A DNA stretch of 64,000 nucleotides. Source: Octopus sinensis (taxonomy: Eukaryota). Shown here piece by piece: positions 37,921 to 51,962 of the stretch. Under the pieces are notes generated by a model. That model made no database searches, was not told the DNA's origin, and worked only from the letters and a program-made list of their open reading frames with translations. Location: assembly GCF_006345805.1 (NCBI RefSeq), contig NC_043012.1, positions 16,988,001-17,052,000 of the forward strand. The letters are read 5' to 3'. Numbering within the stretch: position 1 is the stretch's first letter; each line of letters starts with the position of its first letter. A program made the position numbers and the translations under genes.

Positions 37921-38973
37921 GGTAAAGACTCCCTTCAGTCACAACACTGACCATGGGATTGCACTTAGAACATTACCATCCACAGTACAAGTCCAGGCAA
38001 AGTTATTTATGGAAGACCAGTCGCCCATGCATACCAGCCTCCACTCTCCATGCCACCAGTGTTATCTAAGGGAAAGGTAATGTCTGATACAGCTCCGTAC
38101 CAGTGATGTCACAACTCCTTTCTACAGCTGAGTGAACTGGAGCAACATGAAATAAAGCGTCTTGCTCAATAACACAACACGCAGTCCAGTCCAGGAATCG
38201 AACTCATGACCTCATGATTGTGAGTCTGATACTCTAACCACTGAGCCATGCGCCTTTACATATATACTTATATATATGTCATTATATTTTACTTGTGCCA
38301 ATCATTGGCTGTCATTTCTCTGTCATCTCTTTTGCTAAGATACTAAGTTACAGAGATGTAAACAAACCAACACTGGTTGTCAAGCAATGGTAGGACACTC
38401 ACACACACACACACACACACAGAGTTATACCCATACATACACCCCCGCACACTGGGATTCTTTCAGTTTCCATCTATCAAATCCACTCACAAGACTTTGG
38501 TCATCCTTGGGTTATAGTGGAAGACATTTGGCCAAGGCACCATGCTGTGGGACTGAACCCAGAACCATGTGGTTGAAATGTAAACTTCTTCCCACACAGC
38601 CATGTCTCTGCCTATTGATATATATATATATCTATATATATATAAAAGAGAGTTTCTGTCTGTTTGTCCCACAAAACATAATTGAGACACCATCTCATTT
38701 ATAAGCCTGGATGTTTTGTCCACTTTCACACTTTAACTATGGCGATGGTAATGCTGATGATGGTGTGACCAGAGCTAAAGTGCCAAAATTTTCAAAGAAT
38801 CAACACCTTTCAATCTCTCTCTCTCTTTCTCTCTTTATCTTTCTGTCTTTCTATTTGGCCGGAAATTGTCCGGTGGTGAGACTGGTCAGCATTCAAGACA
38901 ATGATAACCACCACACCATACATATTTATTCATTTATGGTCTGTTCTGCACAATTAAACACAGTCAATCTCTT

Positions 38974-39004
<31 letters not shown>

Positions 39005-39693
39005 TTCTCTCTCTAATGACTGCCACAAAATAATCAAAACATTCTGGGGTCAATATGTCCAGCTAAAAATCCTTCAAGACAGTGCCCCAGCATGGCTACA
39101 ATCTAATGACTGAAGCAAGTAAAAGGTGAAAAGAAAGAAAAGATAAAAGAAAATTATAAGAGTGGGTATTTTGTCCACTTTCACCAGCAAAGCGGAACTC
39201 TAAAGAAATGGCACCACTATTATTTTATCTGTCTGTTACTCTCTCTCTCTCTCTAAAAACACACACATACATGCATGCGTGCACACACACACATACACAC
39301 ACACACTCACACACACATGTGTAACCATTCATGCTTCAGATATCCCTATTTTTCTAACTTCTCTGTTCAGATATAAATATACAGATTTCTTTCACATAAT
39401 CAGAGACAATCTGACAGTGAAGCCATACACACACAGACACAAATTCACAGCGAAACGAAAATCATCAACGCACCAACAAAAACACAACCACACAATGACT
39501 TGCCCTGCATTCCTGTAATATAGCGTCGGAATTTCAGCAAAACCACTGACACCATTCAGCATTTGTAAATTCATTTCACTATTACTTATTCATATTCAAA
39601 CATCATTTGTACTTTCGTTTCACTACAGCTTTCTGATATTCCTTATCAAAAACATTTCTTATTCCCTTAAGCTATTCTTCTATATAATATACC

Positions 39694-40083
39694 AGTGGAG
39701 GCACAATGGCCCAGTGGTTAGGGCAGTGGACTCGCGGTCATAGGATCGCGATTTCGATTCCCAGACCGGGCGTTGTGAGTGTTTATTGAGCGAAAACACC
39801 TAAAAGCTCCACGAGGCTCTGGCAGGGGATGGTGGTGATCCCTGCTGTACTCTTTCACCACAACTTTCTCTCACTCTTACTTCCTGTTTCTGTTGTACCT
39901 GTATTTCAAGGGGCTGGCCTTGTCACTCTCTGTGTCACGCTGAATATCCCCGAGAACTACGTTAAGGGTGCACATGTCTGTGGAGTGCTCAGCCACTTAC
40001 ACGTCAATTTCACGAGCAGGCTGTTCCGTTGATTCGGATCAACCGGAACCCTCATCGTCGTAACCGACGGAGTGCTTCCATCC
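39694..40083 (+). mobile_element. Full-length tRNA-derived SINE with 12-bp target site duplication
   Basis: A box TGGCCCAGTGG, B-box-like TTTCGATTCC; TSD ATATAATATACC at 39682-39693 and 40084-40095; near-identical copy at 42194-42575. Confidence 0.9.
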
Positions 40084-40211
40084 ATATAATATACCTATTT
40101 TCCTTGCATTACTGTAACATGGTGTCCGAATTTCATTTCACTATAACTTACTGATATTTATTATCAAAAAAAGTCTCATAAAGAAAAAGACTATGACACC
40201 AAACAAATGCA

Positions 40212-40463
40212 CGACATGCATCAGAAAACGTCGATGAGACATGCGCATGGCTTGCAGATCAGCAACAAAGAAAGGAAGCTCAGCATGCATCTGAAGCTGA
40301 ACATCAACAAAATGCATGATTTGCAGGCGGCAAACAAAGAATGGCAGGTTTGACCTGCAGCAGAAAATGAAGACGAAAGACATGCATGACTTGCAGCTGA
40401 TTGTCTTTGAAAAGCATCACGTCGTATGCAAGAAACATCACAAGAAACTGCAAGCAGACAGCC
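40212..40463 (+). pseudogene. Decayed 23-aa STPR-like repeat coding relic, probably from a Helitron N-terminal region
   Basis: RHASENVDETCAWLADQQQRKEAQHASEAEHQQNA*FA...AAENEDERHA*LAADCL*KASRRMQETSQE; 23-residue period; stops are TGA where Arg (CGA) is expected. Confidence 0.55.
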
Positions 40464-40809
40464 AACCAATAGCCAACGAAGAATGATATTGATCTTTCAT
40501 CTACTTCGATTATTACATAGTTTTCTCTTCTAAAAATGCACACATACAGGAGGAGTAAATTATATACTCTTTACTCTTTTACTCTTTTACTTGTTTCAGT
40601 CATTTGACTGCGGCCATGCTGGGGCACCGCCTTTAGTTGAGCAGATCGACCCCGGGACTTATTCTTTGTAAGCCCAGTACTTATTCTATCGGTCTCTTTT
40701 TTGTCGAACCGCTAAGTGACGGGGACATAAACACACCAGCATCGGTTGTCAAGCAATGCTAGAGGGACAAACACAGACACACAAACATATACACACACAT
40801 ACATACATA

Positions 40810-40873
<64 letters not shown>

Positions 40874-41116
40874 TATATACGACAGGCTTCTTTCAGTTTC
40901 CGTCTACCAAATCCACTCACAAGGCTTTGGTCGGCCCGAGGCTATAGCAGAAGACACTTGCCCAAGATGCCACACAGTGGGACTGAACCCAGAACCATGT
41001 GGTTGGTTAGCAAGCTACTTACCACACAGCTACATTCAATGTGGCTCCAGATAAACTGTAAAAGCAATTACCTGATCAACAACAGGTTTTACTGCTAGTA
41101 TATATATGTATATATA

Positions 41117-41158
<42 letters not shown>

Positions 41159-42193
41159 ACTGGCACTTGATTGGTTATGACTATGAGGGTTTAAATGGAT
41201 CTCTGATCAATGGAACAGCTTGCTTGTGGAATTAACGTGCAAGTGGCTGAGCAATCCACAGACACGTGTATCATTAATGTTGTTTTCAGGTAGATTCAGC
41301 ATGACACAAAGTGTGACAAGGCTGCCCCTTTGAAATACAGGTACTACTCTTTTCTTGTCAGCTGAGTGAACTGGGGCAACGTGAAATAAAGTGTCCTGCT
41401 CAAGGACATGCTGGGAATTGAACTCATGACTTTATGATCGTGAGCCGAATACCCTAACCACTAATCCACACGCATATATATATATAGGTGCAGGAGTAGC
41501 TGTGTGGTAAGAAACTTGGCTCCGGGTTCAGTTCCACTGCATGGCACCTTGGGCAGGTGTCTTCTTATTATAGCCTCAGGCTGACCAAAGCCTTGTGAGT
41601 GGATTATGTAGACGGAAACTGAAAGAAGCCTGTCATATATATATATATATGTATATATTTGTGTGTCTGTGTTTGTCCCCCTGCCATCGCTTGACAACTG
41701 ATGTTGGTGTGTTTATGTTTATGTAACTTAGTGGTTTGGCAAAAGAGACCGATAGAATAAGTACAAGGTTTACAAAGAATAAGTCCTGGGTTGCAGTCAA
41801 ATGACTGAAACAAATAAAAGAGTAAATGAATAAACAAATATATATATATATATATACTTGTCTCAGTCATTTTGCCGGGGCACCGATTAAAATTTTTAGT
41901 TGAATGAACTGATCCCAGGGCTTATTTTTTTAAGCTTGATACTCCGTTGCTCTCTTTTACTCTCTTTTAAGTTATGGGGATGCAAACACACCAACACCGG
42001 TTGTCAAGCAGTGATGGTGTGAGCAAACAGGCATAAAGACATACACACACACATTTATGGCTGGCCGGCGACAGATTTTTCTGCAAAATGTGGGTAGTTT
42101 ATCCTGTGTGTACAATATAATTAGCATTATCCTGCATTTGAGAATAAAATTATTTCCATATATATATACATAAATATATATATATATATTATA

Positions 42194-42575
42194 TGGAGGC
42201 GCAATGGCCCAGTGGTTAGGGCAGCGGACTCGCGGTCGTAGGATCGCGGTTTCGATTCCCAGACCGGGCGTTGTGAGTGTTTATTGAGCGAAAACACCTA
42301 AAGCTCCACGAGGCTCCGGCAGGGATGGTGGTGATCCCTACTGTACTCTTTCACCACAACTTTCTCTCACTCTTACTTCCTGTTTCTGTTGTACCTGTAT
42401 TTCAAAGGGCCGGCCTTGTCATTCTCTGTGTCATGCTGAATATCCCCAAGAACTGCCTTAAAGGTACACGTGTCTGTGGAGTGCTCAGCCACTTGCACGT
42501 TAATTTCATGAGCAGGCTGTTCCGTTGATCGGATCAACCGGAACCCTTGTCGTCATAACCGACGGAGTGCTTCCA
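42194..42575 (+). mobile_element. Second copy of the 39694 SINE
   Basis: Colinear and highly similar to 39694-40083; inserted in (TA)n. Confidence 0.9.
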
Positions 42576-42608
<33 letters not shown>

Positions 42609-43254
42609 TACATATATATATATACACACACACATACATATATATATGATGGGCTTCTTTCAGTTTCTGTCTATCAAATCATATCCATTCAGAAGGCTTT
42701 TATCAGTCTGAGACTATAGTAGAAGACACTTGTCCAAGGTGCCACGCATTGGGACTGAACCTGGAACCATGTAATTGGGAAGCAAGCTCCTTATCACGCA
42801 ACCACACTTGTGACTAAATGATACGCTAACATATTATATGATTTAAGAAGTAAAGATCATAAGTATGAAGTAAAGATTATAAGTATGTAGACAGACAGAT
42901 GAGATGAATAGCCGCTTATAATGGTAGAAAAGCATTATATATGACATTTTAGAATTTCAATTCTATCAGCAAAACATCAAATCAGGAGAGTACAGTTGGT
43001 GGTAGTAGTATGGATGGTGGTGTTAGTGGTGCACTTTTCCTGTTGGTTGAGCATTCTAAAATGATAGATTTCTTTGCAGTTTTATTCCTTTCAGTTTCAC
43101 CCTTCAAACTGCATATTTTTTTTTTTAATTTAGAAAGATTTTTTTAATCCTGCAAAAATATTTTTAAAAATTTGTAAATGTGGTTTTTTTAAAAATTATT
43201 TTTTGTTTTGTTTTTTAAAAGGCTTATTTTATCTTATTTTATTATTTAATTTAG

Positions 43255-43347
43255 GTTCTACTGTTGTGAGGTGGAATGTTCACACTCATCTTCAAGAATC
43301 AACACTTGACTGTGAGTCTGCAGTTGCGGATATTAAGAGACCAAAAA
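43255..43347 (+). CDS. Lrrk: Internal 93-bp exon of the same LRRK-type gene
   Basis: T-rich tract + ttAG at 43253-43254; donor AAAA|GTGAGT at 43348; phase 1 at both ends. Translation (G)STVVRWNVHTHLQESTLDCESAVADIKRPK continues YNYP-G and contains the W...LDC motif of the Lrrk C-terminus. Confidence 0.8.
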
Positions 43348-43384
43348 GTGAGTGTTTTCAGTTTTATAGTGATGTTGTTGTTTA

Positions 43385-43740
43385 TAATAATAATAATAAT
43401 GAAATTATTGTATACAGTGCTCAGGTGCACCACAACTTGTCAGAAAGTGCATATAAAGTACATGCAGTAGTGTAGAAATGTCTGGAAAGTGAACATACTT
43501 GTGTGTGTATCAAGTGTAGTGTTGGCGAATCTCAGGAAGCATGGAAGTTTTGAAGGATGCAGTGCTCCGACAACTAACAACCAATGCCGGCAGTTTGTTC
43601 CACGCTTCAGCAACTCTCAGCGTGAAAAAATGTTTCCTGAAGTCATGGAAGCTGTGCTGTTTTCTTACTTTGTAAATATGTCCACGGGTGTTAGATGGGT
43701 GGAGTTTGAAGAGGTGCTCAGTATCCTTACTCTCTCTGAA
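43385..43740 (-). mobile_element. CR1-clade LINE 3' end
   Basis: LFKLHPSNTRGHIYKVRK...RKHFFTLRVAEAWNKLP.LVV...FK motif, followed by UTR and (TTA)n tail; ends ~40 nt from the exon donor at 43348. Confidence 0.85.
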
Positions 43741-44934
43741 TGGCAAATACTGCAAGCTAGGGAACTGACAATGTTAATTGATATCCTTTATCTTTTACTT
43801 GGGTCAGTCATTGGGCTATGGCCATGCTGGGGCACGCCATTGAAGGATTTTTAGTCAAACAAATTGACTTCAGTTTTTCTGTTTCTTTTAAGTTTTGCAT
43901 TTAAAGTATCAGTCTCATTTGCTAAATCACTAAGTTACAGAGATATAAATGAACCAATACTGGTTGTCAGCTGCAGAGGGGGGTAACAAACACTGACAGA
44001 CTGACACATACACATGCACACACATCTACAGACACAGACACACGCACGGGAAGCCTCTTCCAGTTTCTGTCTACCAAATCTACACACAAGGCTTTGGTTG
44101 GCTCAGGACTATTGTAGAAGATACTTGCCCAAGGTGCCATGCCTGTTGTATATATCCCTAGGCTGACCCCTAAATGAATTAATCTATGATCAAAATCTTT
44201 CTGACTTTATTCAGTTCAGTTTCTTGTTTTTTTAGATTACATTATCCAAAGTGTCCTTCAGTTTTTAAGTCAGTAGAATGTAATTTGAGGAAAATATGGT
44301 TGCTAGTTCTAGCAGTTTGAATATCCATACAGGAGCTCCCTCACTTGCTGTGTGTTTTAAATTTCTTCGCTATTGCAAATATTGGTTGCTGCTTGTTGAA
44401 AGTTAACCCTTTTGAGACCATATTTCAAATGAAACAGGCTGCCTACATGTTTCAATTAATTTTTGAAAATAATCAGGAATTTGGAGCATGAACCAGAATG
44501 GGATTTAGCTGAAGTAACTCATTTTGCCATTATTAAGCTGGTGTTAATATTGAAGGATTTTAATTTAAGTATGAACACTTTGGAAAGGCAGTTTCATTTC
44601 AGGGAACCTGAGGCGGGTCTCTGGCGGGTTGGTATTGAAAGAGTTTTTTAATCAATGAAGGCAGAACTTCGACAGATTCTATAAATGAGTTGAGTGTCAT
44701 CGTGGGCTTTGTCTAAATTTGATTTTAAGATGCAGTTTAGCCAAGTCAGTTGTTTTTTTTATGAATGGAAAATTACAAAGGGTTGTTTAAAATGCTGTTA
44801 CGCTATACTGCTTGCAGTTGTTTATATGTTATATTAAAGTGATTTGGAAGAGTTTTTACTGTTATATTCAGCAAGTGGAATGACCATATAGAAGCTCCCA
44901 TGTTATAATTATAGTGACTATGAATGGAAAAGAA

Positions 44935-44973
<39 letters not shown>

Positions 44974-45234
44974 TAATAAAATAAAACATGTGCATATATA
45001 TAAACATATATGTACGTACCTACCTCTACATGTACATATACACGCATATATGAGTACAGGACACCAAAAGGACGTCGAACACAATGAGAAATGAAAACAT
45101 AGACACAAACCAAAGGAACTGGACATTTATTTAAAAACAGCAAAAAAATAGAGTACAGGACAATTAACACAAAGAAAAAAAACCCTTCTTCAGTCGCTAA
45201 AGGTTTCATCTACTCTAAGTTTCGAAGGATAAAA

Positions 45235-45314
<80 letters not shown>

Positions 45315-45711
45315 AGGGAGAAGCTGTATCCATGCAGTTCTTAATCTAAAGTCTGTCCCAGTTATTATTAATTTTCATGTTGTTTCACTAAGAGGTCAGG
45401 CATGATTGAACAGAGCTATGATCAAAGGCAGTCCAGTTAGTTTTTTTCTTCTTTTTCCTATATGCAAGAGACCTAGGGCTGTATTATCCAGTGTGCCATT
45501 TTCTAAAACAACAGGTAGAAGATCAAGGGAGATTTGACTGCTATTTCTAGCAAGCTTATTGATCATGTAACAGATGCTTCCCATTGGGTCTCAATGTTGC
45601 TTTTAGTTGCATCATGTGATGCAAAAAAAAAACAACAACAAGAAAACAAACAAACAAAAATAAGTAGACTAAATTTGATTTGTAAATCCATGCTTTATCC
45701 ATTCCCCTTTC

Positions 45712-46110
45712 AGCTTGGCTAAATCGTTAACACGCTGGGCAAAATGCTTAGCGATATTTCGTCTGCCGCTATGTTCTGAGTTCAAATTCCGCCGAAGTCG
45801 ACTTTGCCTTTCATCCTTTCGGGGTCGATAAATTAAGTACCATTTACGCACTGGGGTCGATATAATCGACTTAATCCGTTTGTCTGTCCTGGTTTGTCCT
45901 CTCTGTGTTTAGCCCCTTGTGGGTAGTAAAGAAATAGGTATTTCATCTGTCCTTATATTCTGAGTTCAAATTCCACTGAGGTTGACGTTACCTTTCATTC
46001 TTTCAGGGTCGATAAATTAAGTACCAGTTGGATACTGGAGTTGATATAATCGACTCCTTCCTCCCCCCAAATTTCAGGCTCTGTGTCTATAAAAGAAAGG
46101 ATTATATAAA
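45712..46110 (+). mobile_element. SINE family with GCCTTTCATCCTTTCGGGGTCGATAAATTAAGTACC central domain (MetaSINE-like); representative copy
   Basis: B box GAGTTCAAATTCC followed by the conserved core. Other copies near 5050, 5810, 9680(-), 16750, 26430(-), 26720(-), 31533, 32575, 50475(-), 54735(-). The domain assignment is from memory. Confidence 0.8.
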
Positions 46111-48130
46111 CATTGCTAAAGGCGGCAAGCTGGCAGAAAGCAGATGGTTGCAAAGTGAGTTTCTTAACCCCACAGTCATGCCTGCATCTGTTTCAAATCT
46201 ACCCACGCCCACCTCTCCTGACTAATATTCTCACCAACGAGAAAAAAAATTGCATTTTTATGTAGACATAGTTACATGCATATGAATATATCTCCATTAC
46301 ACTATTGGCTGCTGTTTCTAGTTGATCACATGACCATAAAAAGGGGCTTCCCTCACTGACTCAGAGGTGGAGTGGGAATAGGTGGGGAAGTATAAAATGG
46401 TGTGTGTGGTGGGTTTTGTATGATGGATGAGTAGAGGTTTAGTGTAAATGGATTATCTAAATACCACAAGGAATAGTTTTGCATATCTTTGTTGTTGGAT
46501 CTGAAATGTTAATTATGATAATAAATGTGTAGATTTTAATTGAAGTTTCTATACTGAAGAATGTTGATTAAATTTATGTTGTTGATGCTTAGCATGAGAT
46601 CAGATCTGGTTGAACAGAACTATGGTCAAAGACATTCCATCCATAGCCAACCAGTCTTTTTAGATATAGTTTATATCTCTACTATTGTTTTAACCATTTT
46701 CTACAATGGTGAAAGTAGTGTTATTTGAGGAAAATTTAACTGCTATCTTCAGCAGTTCACATTAGCCTATAGCAGTTCTCAATCATTTTTAATTTATGAA
46801 TCCCTTTGCTTACTATTTTATTCTGGTGGAACCCCAAAGCCATTTCATCATCATCATCATCATCATCATCCAGTGTTTTAAATCCAGGTTTTGTCCCCAT
46901 TAACAAGGTTGGCCAGATCTACCTCAATGCCATAGCAACCGAGATAGGCAGGTGCAGCCCACCCCAACCTTTGGGCTGGCAGGCTGGAGCCCATTCTCCT
47001 TTGCTATCATGAGGCTTTTTTGGAGCTGGATTTTCTACGGGGAGCATGCCCTTGCTTACCCCCAACCTCAGTTTCTAGACATGAGTGGTCCCTAGATCAA
47101 TGCCTCTACCACAATTTTTAAGAAATGTAGTAGAAAACTAGCTCAGGAAGGCAGGGACACTACTCCCTGCGACCCCTTTTTGGAGCCCCATTACCCATTT
47201 TGATATTTAAAAACTAATTTTATAGAAATTACTTTAAAAATTCGCATTTTGTTTTTCACACATTCCCTGTGTAAAATGTTAAATAAATAAACCTAACTGG
47301 TCCTTGCAACAAATACATCTAACACAAAATTTTATCACAGACCCTTAAGATACTACCACAAACCCAATGTACTATTTTTCTTGTGTAGACCCCCCCCGCC
47401 CCCAAATCTTATATGGACCTGAAGGGGTAGGGGTCATACAGATCTTGGTTGAGAACCATTACTGTAGAGGTTCTCCTTAGAAGTCATGGTCGTGGTAAGG
47501 AATGAGATGACTGTATGGCATTGACGCATTTCTCAAGAATATTATTGGTGCAAGTGATGAGTGATGCAACTGGTTTCAACTTGGAATAGAACTTTGCTTC
47601 CAGACACTTTTGACTGAATGTTTCTTGCAGTGCTTGATGTTTAGAATGCTCCTTCTTTAATAGGGGCACAGGCGTGGCTGTGTGGTAAGAAGTTTGTTTC
47701 CCAGTCACATAGTTTCGGGTTCGGTCCCACTGCATGACACCTTGGGAAAGTGTCTTCTACCATAGCCAAGGGCTGACCAAAGCTTTGTGAGTGGATTTAG
47801 TAGACGGAAACTGAAAGAAACCTGTCGTATATGTATTTATTTATGTGTGTTTGTATTTCTTTGTGTTAACATTGTGTGATGGTTGTAAATGAGTGTCTTT
47901 GTCAAACAAGCAGTGTCATTCATTTGCAGTCTTCTTTAAAAACATGTCTGGCTGTGGAGAAATATCCCCTTGCTTGAAAACAGGTGTTAGCAACAGCGAA
48001 GGCACCTGGCCATAGAAAATCTGCCTCAATAAAATCCGTCTGACCCATACATGCATGGAAAAACGATTGCTAAAACAATGACGATACGTGTATGTGTGTG
48101 TGTATGTATGCATGTATGTATGTATGTATG

Positions 48131-48182
<52 letters not shown>

Positions 48183-48529
48183 TGTGTGTGTGCTTATCTC
48201 TGTGTTTTCACATTGGTTGGCATTAGGAAGGGCATCCAGCCGTAGAAACCTTGCCAGATCATACTGGGCCTGGTGCAGCCTTCTGGCTTCCCAGACCCCA
48301 GTTGAATCGTCCAGCCCATGCTAGCATGGACAGAGGACGCTAAACGATGATGATGATGATGATGATGATGATACTATTTGGGCAACAGTAACGTTTATTT
48401 CTGTCCTGCATAAATCTTATGCTCCACAGTTCTGGAACAATCAAGGAGGCTGATCCCGATAACGAGCATTCAGCTGTAGAACACTGCCTATAGGGGTTTG
48501 CTCCAACCCACACCAGAAAGGAAACAACA

Positions 48530-48925
48530 TATGTGGGGAAGATTAGCTGTTATTTCTAGCTTTTTATATGACTATGTTGAAGCTGTCTCATTGGCTTACC
48601 CATATCAGAAAGGAAACAGCAGATGTAAAAACACATTATCTAATATACCCTTCCCATTATTTTTAAAGACAATTGGAAATGATATAGAGAAGATTAGCTG
48701 CTATTTCTAGCCTTTAATATGATTATGTTGAGGCTGTCTCATTGGCTTGCCTGTACCAGAAAGGAAACAGCAGGTGTAAAAGTGGGGATGATGTCAAGGG
48801 CTACATCATCTAATATGTCCTTCCTTTTTCTTTTTAAGATAGTTGGGAATGATATGGGGTGTGGGGGAGATTAGCTGCTATTTCTAGTCTTTAATATGAC
48901 TTATGAGGCTGTCTCATTGGTTTGC
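48530..48925 (+). repeat. Local triplication (~155-175 bp units) of an old dispersed repeat
   Basis: GATTAGCTGCTATTTCTAG...GCTGTCTCATTGG occurs three times; similar single motifs lie near 44290, 45530, 46730 and 53850. Confidence 0.75.
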
Positions 48926-51259
48926 CGGGAGGTTGAGGTTTTTTTTTTTCTGAAAAGTGCTTGACAGCTTTTGACATGACAATTTTGAATATTTCCTGTG
49001 GACAAGACACATCAGCAGGGAAGATGCAGAGAGATTACAGTTTAAACACTCGTTGACACATTTGATGTGTTGCTTAGTTTCTCCATTATTTATTCTGGTG
49101 GGGGTGGGTGGGAGATGGAGGAGGGGGGGAGCCAGACAAACAAAAAAAAATCAAAAGACAAAAAAAAAACACATAATAAATATTCTATAGTGTGTCTGGG
49201 TTTTATATTACTCTCTCTCTCTCTCTTTTACTTGTTTCAGTCATTTGACTGCGGCCATGCTGGAGCACCGCCTTTTAGTCGAGCAAATCGACCCCGGGAC
49301 TTATTCTTTGTAAGCCCAGTACTTATTCTATCGGTCTCTTTTGCCGAACCGCTAAGTGACGGGTACGTAAACACACCAGCATCGGTTGTCAAGCAATGCT
49401 AGGGGAACAAACACAGACACACAAACATATACACACACATACATATATATATATACATATATACGACAGGCTTCTTTCAGTTTCCGTCTACCAAATCCAC
49501 TCACAAGGCATTGGTCGGCCTGGGGCTATAGCAGAAGACACTTGCCCAAGATGCCACGCAGTGGGACTGAACCCGGAACCATGTGGTTGGTTAGCAAGCT
49601 ACACATATCTCTTTTTTGTTTATTGTTTTTTTACTTCTTTTAGTTGTTGGACTGCGACCATGCTGGAGCACCACCTCGAAGGGTTTTAGTCGGGCAAATT
49701 GAGTTAATTTTTTAAATTTTGGTATTTTTTTCTGTTGGTTCTTTTTTTTGGCAAACTTCCAAGTTATGGAGATGTAAACAAACTAACACCGGTTGTTGAC
49801 TGGAGTGGGGGGGAACGAACATAGGCACAAAGATGCACACCTACACACATACACACACATACATAGTCATACACACACACACACACAAGTATTTGCATGT
49901 GTCTACACATATATTTTCTATTTTTTACTTATTTCAATCATTGTGCTGTGCCCATGCTGGAGCACAACCTTCAAGGGTTTAGTCAAACAAATCAACTCCA
50001 GTACTTATATTATAAGCCTGGTACTTGTTCTATCAGTATCTTTTGCTGAACTGCTAAGTTACAGGGATGTAAACGTGGAAACACAGGTTGTCAAGGAGTG
50101 GTGGGGTGTCAAACAAAAAGACAAACACTCACATATATATATATGTTTCGCGACCGTTGCCAGCACCGCCCCGTTTCGTGTCCGTTGCCAGCCTCGCCTG
50201 GCCCTCGTGCCGGTGGCACATAAAAAGCACCATCCGTTTGTGGCCGTTTGCCAGCTCTGTCTGGCACCAGTGCGGGTGGCACGTAAAAAGCACCCACTAC
50301 ACTCACGGAGTGGTTGGCGTTAGGAAGGGCATCCAGCCGTAGAAACACTGCCAGATTTGACTGGGCCTGATGAAGCCTTCTGGCTTCACAGACCCCAGTT
50401 GAACCGTCCAACCCATGCTAGCATGGAAAGCGGACGCTAAATGATGATGATGATGATACGTATATATATGGATATATTTATTTCTTTACTACCCACGGGG
50501 GGCTAAACACAGAGGGAACAAACAAGGACAGACAAACGAATTAAGTCGATTACATCGACCCCAGTGTGTAACTGGTACTTAATTTATCGACCCCGTAAGG
50601 ATGAAGGGCAAAGTCGACCTCAGCGGAATTTGAACCCAGAACGTAATGGCAGACGAAATATGGCTACACATTTCGCCTGGCGTGCTAATGTTTCTGCTAG
50701 CTCGCCACCTTTTGGATATATAATGGGTTTTCTTTCAGGTTCTGTCTACCAAACTCACTCACAAGGCTCTGGTCAACCTGGGGTATAGTTGAAGGGACTT
50801 ACCCAAGGTTCCACATAGTGGGATTGAACCTGGATCCATGTGGTTGTGAAACAAACTTCTGACCCCACAGCCATGTCTGTACCTCTCTCTCTCTCTCTTT
50901 CCAGGTCGCATTTATTATTATAGATAGTATCATCCCCTGATACTGTGTGGGCTGAGATCCCTGTTGACAGGCCCCTGTTATTAAATAAGGTTTTAATACT
51001 TGACCATCATCATCATCATCACCATCATCCTCCTCATCCATTGTCCATGCTGGCATGGGTTGGACAGTTTGACCAGGGCTGGCAAGCTGGAAGGCTTCAC
51101 CAGATTCCAGTCTGATTTGGCATGGTTTCCTACAGCTGGATGCCCTTCCTAATGCCAACCACTCTGAGAGTGCCATTTGTGTGACACCGGGATATGCAAA
51201 TTAGAAGCTTCAGTTTCCTGCAGCTGCTGAAATTGTCGAGTTTATAAACAGTTTGACTG

Positions 51260-51568
51260 CTTAGTTTAGTTTAGTTAATTTTTGGCTCAAAAAGCAAAAA
51301 GCAAGGCCATGTAGGGGGACATGGAGTTATGTACAGGGTGGTGTTTATGTAAAGAGTTCAGGCCACTTGTGGTCAAGGGAGACTTTGAACTGAACGGTCG
51401 TCGGCATCTTCACCATCTCGTCCGGCAGCTTATTCCACAGATCCGCAACCCGGACAGAGAAAGCCCCTCTCCTTCGATTGAGATGAAATCGTCGCAGATA
51501 GAGCTTTTCGGAATGACCCCGCAGCCGATGCTCTGGAGCAGGAGTGAAGAACAGCTCTTTCGAGAGGT
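51260..51568 (-). mobile_element. CR1-clade LINE 3' end (second family)
   Basis: Minus-strand frame absent from the ORF track: LFFTPAPEHRLRGHSEKLYLRRFHLNRRRGAFSVRVADLWNKLPDEMVKMPTTVQFKVSLDHKWPELFT* (stop 51345-47); (CTAAA)n tail. Confidence 0.85.
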
Positions 51569-51700
51569 TATTTCTCTAATGAGAACCCAATCAGATTTGA
51601 AAATCAATGAAGATTGTTCATCACTTTTTCAGTCTGTGGAGAAAAAGCTATATCAAACCTGTTTATAAATATACTATATAGGTCACACACACTCACTCAC

Positions 51701-51738
<38 letters not shown>

Positions 51739-51962
51739 CTTATTTATTCATTTACTTGTTTCAGTCATTTGACTGCGGCCATGCTGGAGCACCGCCTTTA
51801 GCCAACCAAATCGATCCCAGGGCTTATTCTTTGTAAGCCTAGTAGTTATTCTATTGGACTTTTTTTGCTGAACCACTAAGTTACAAGGACGTAAACATAC
51901 CAATATTGGTTGTCAAGTGATGGTGGGGAGGGGGCAAGCACAAACACACACACAAATGTATA

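Noticed and set aside
39694-39770. tRNA gene calls at SINE heads (also 37595 and 42195)
   Set aside because: A/B boxes are present but there is no complete cloverleaf; the sequence continues into SINE bodies.
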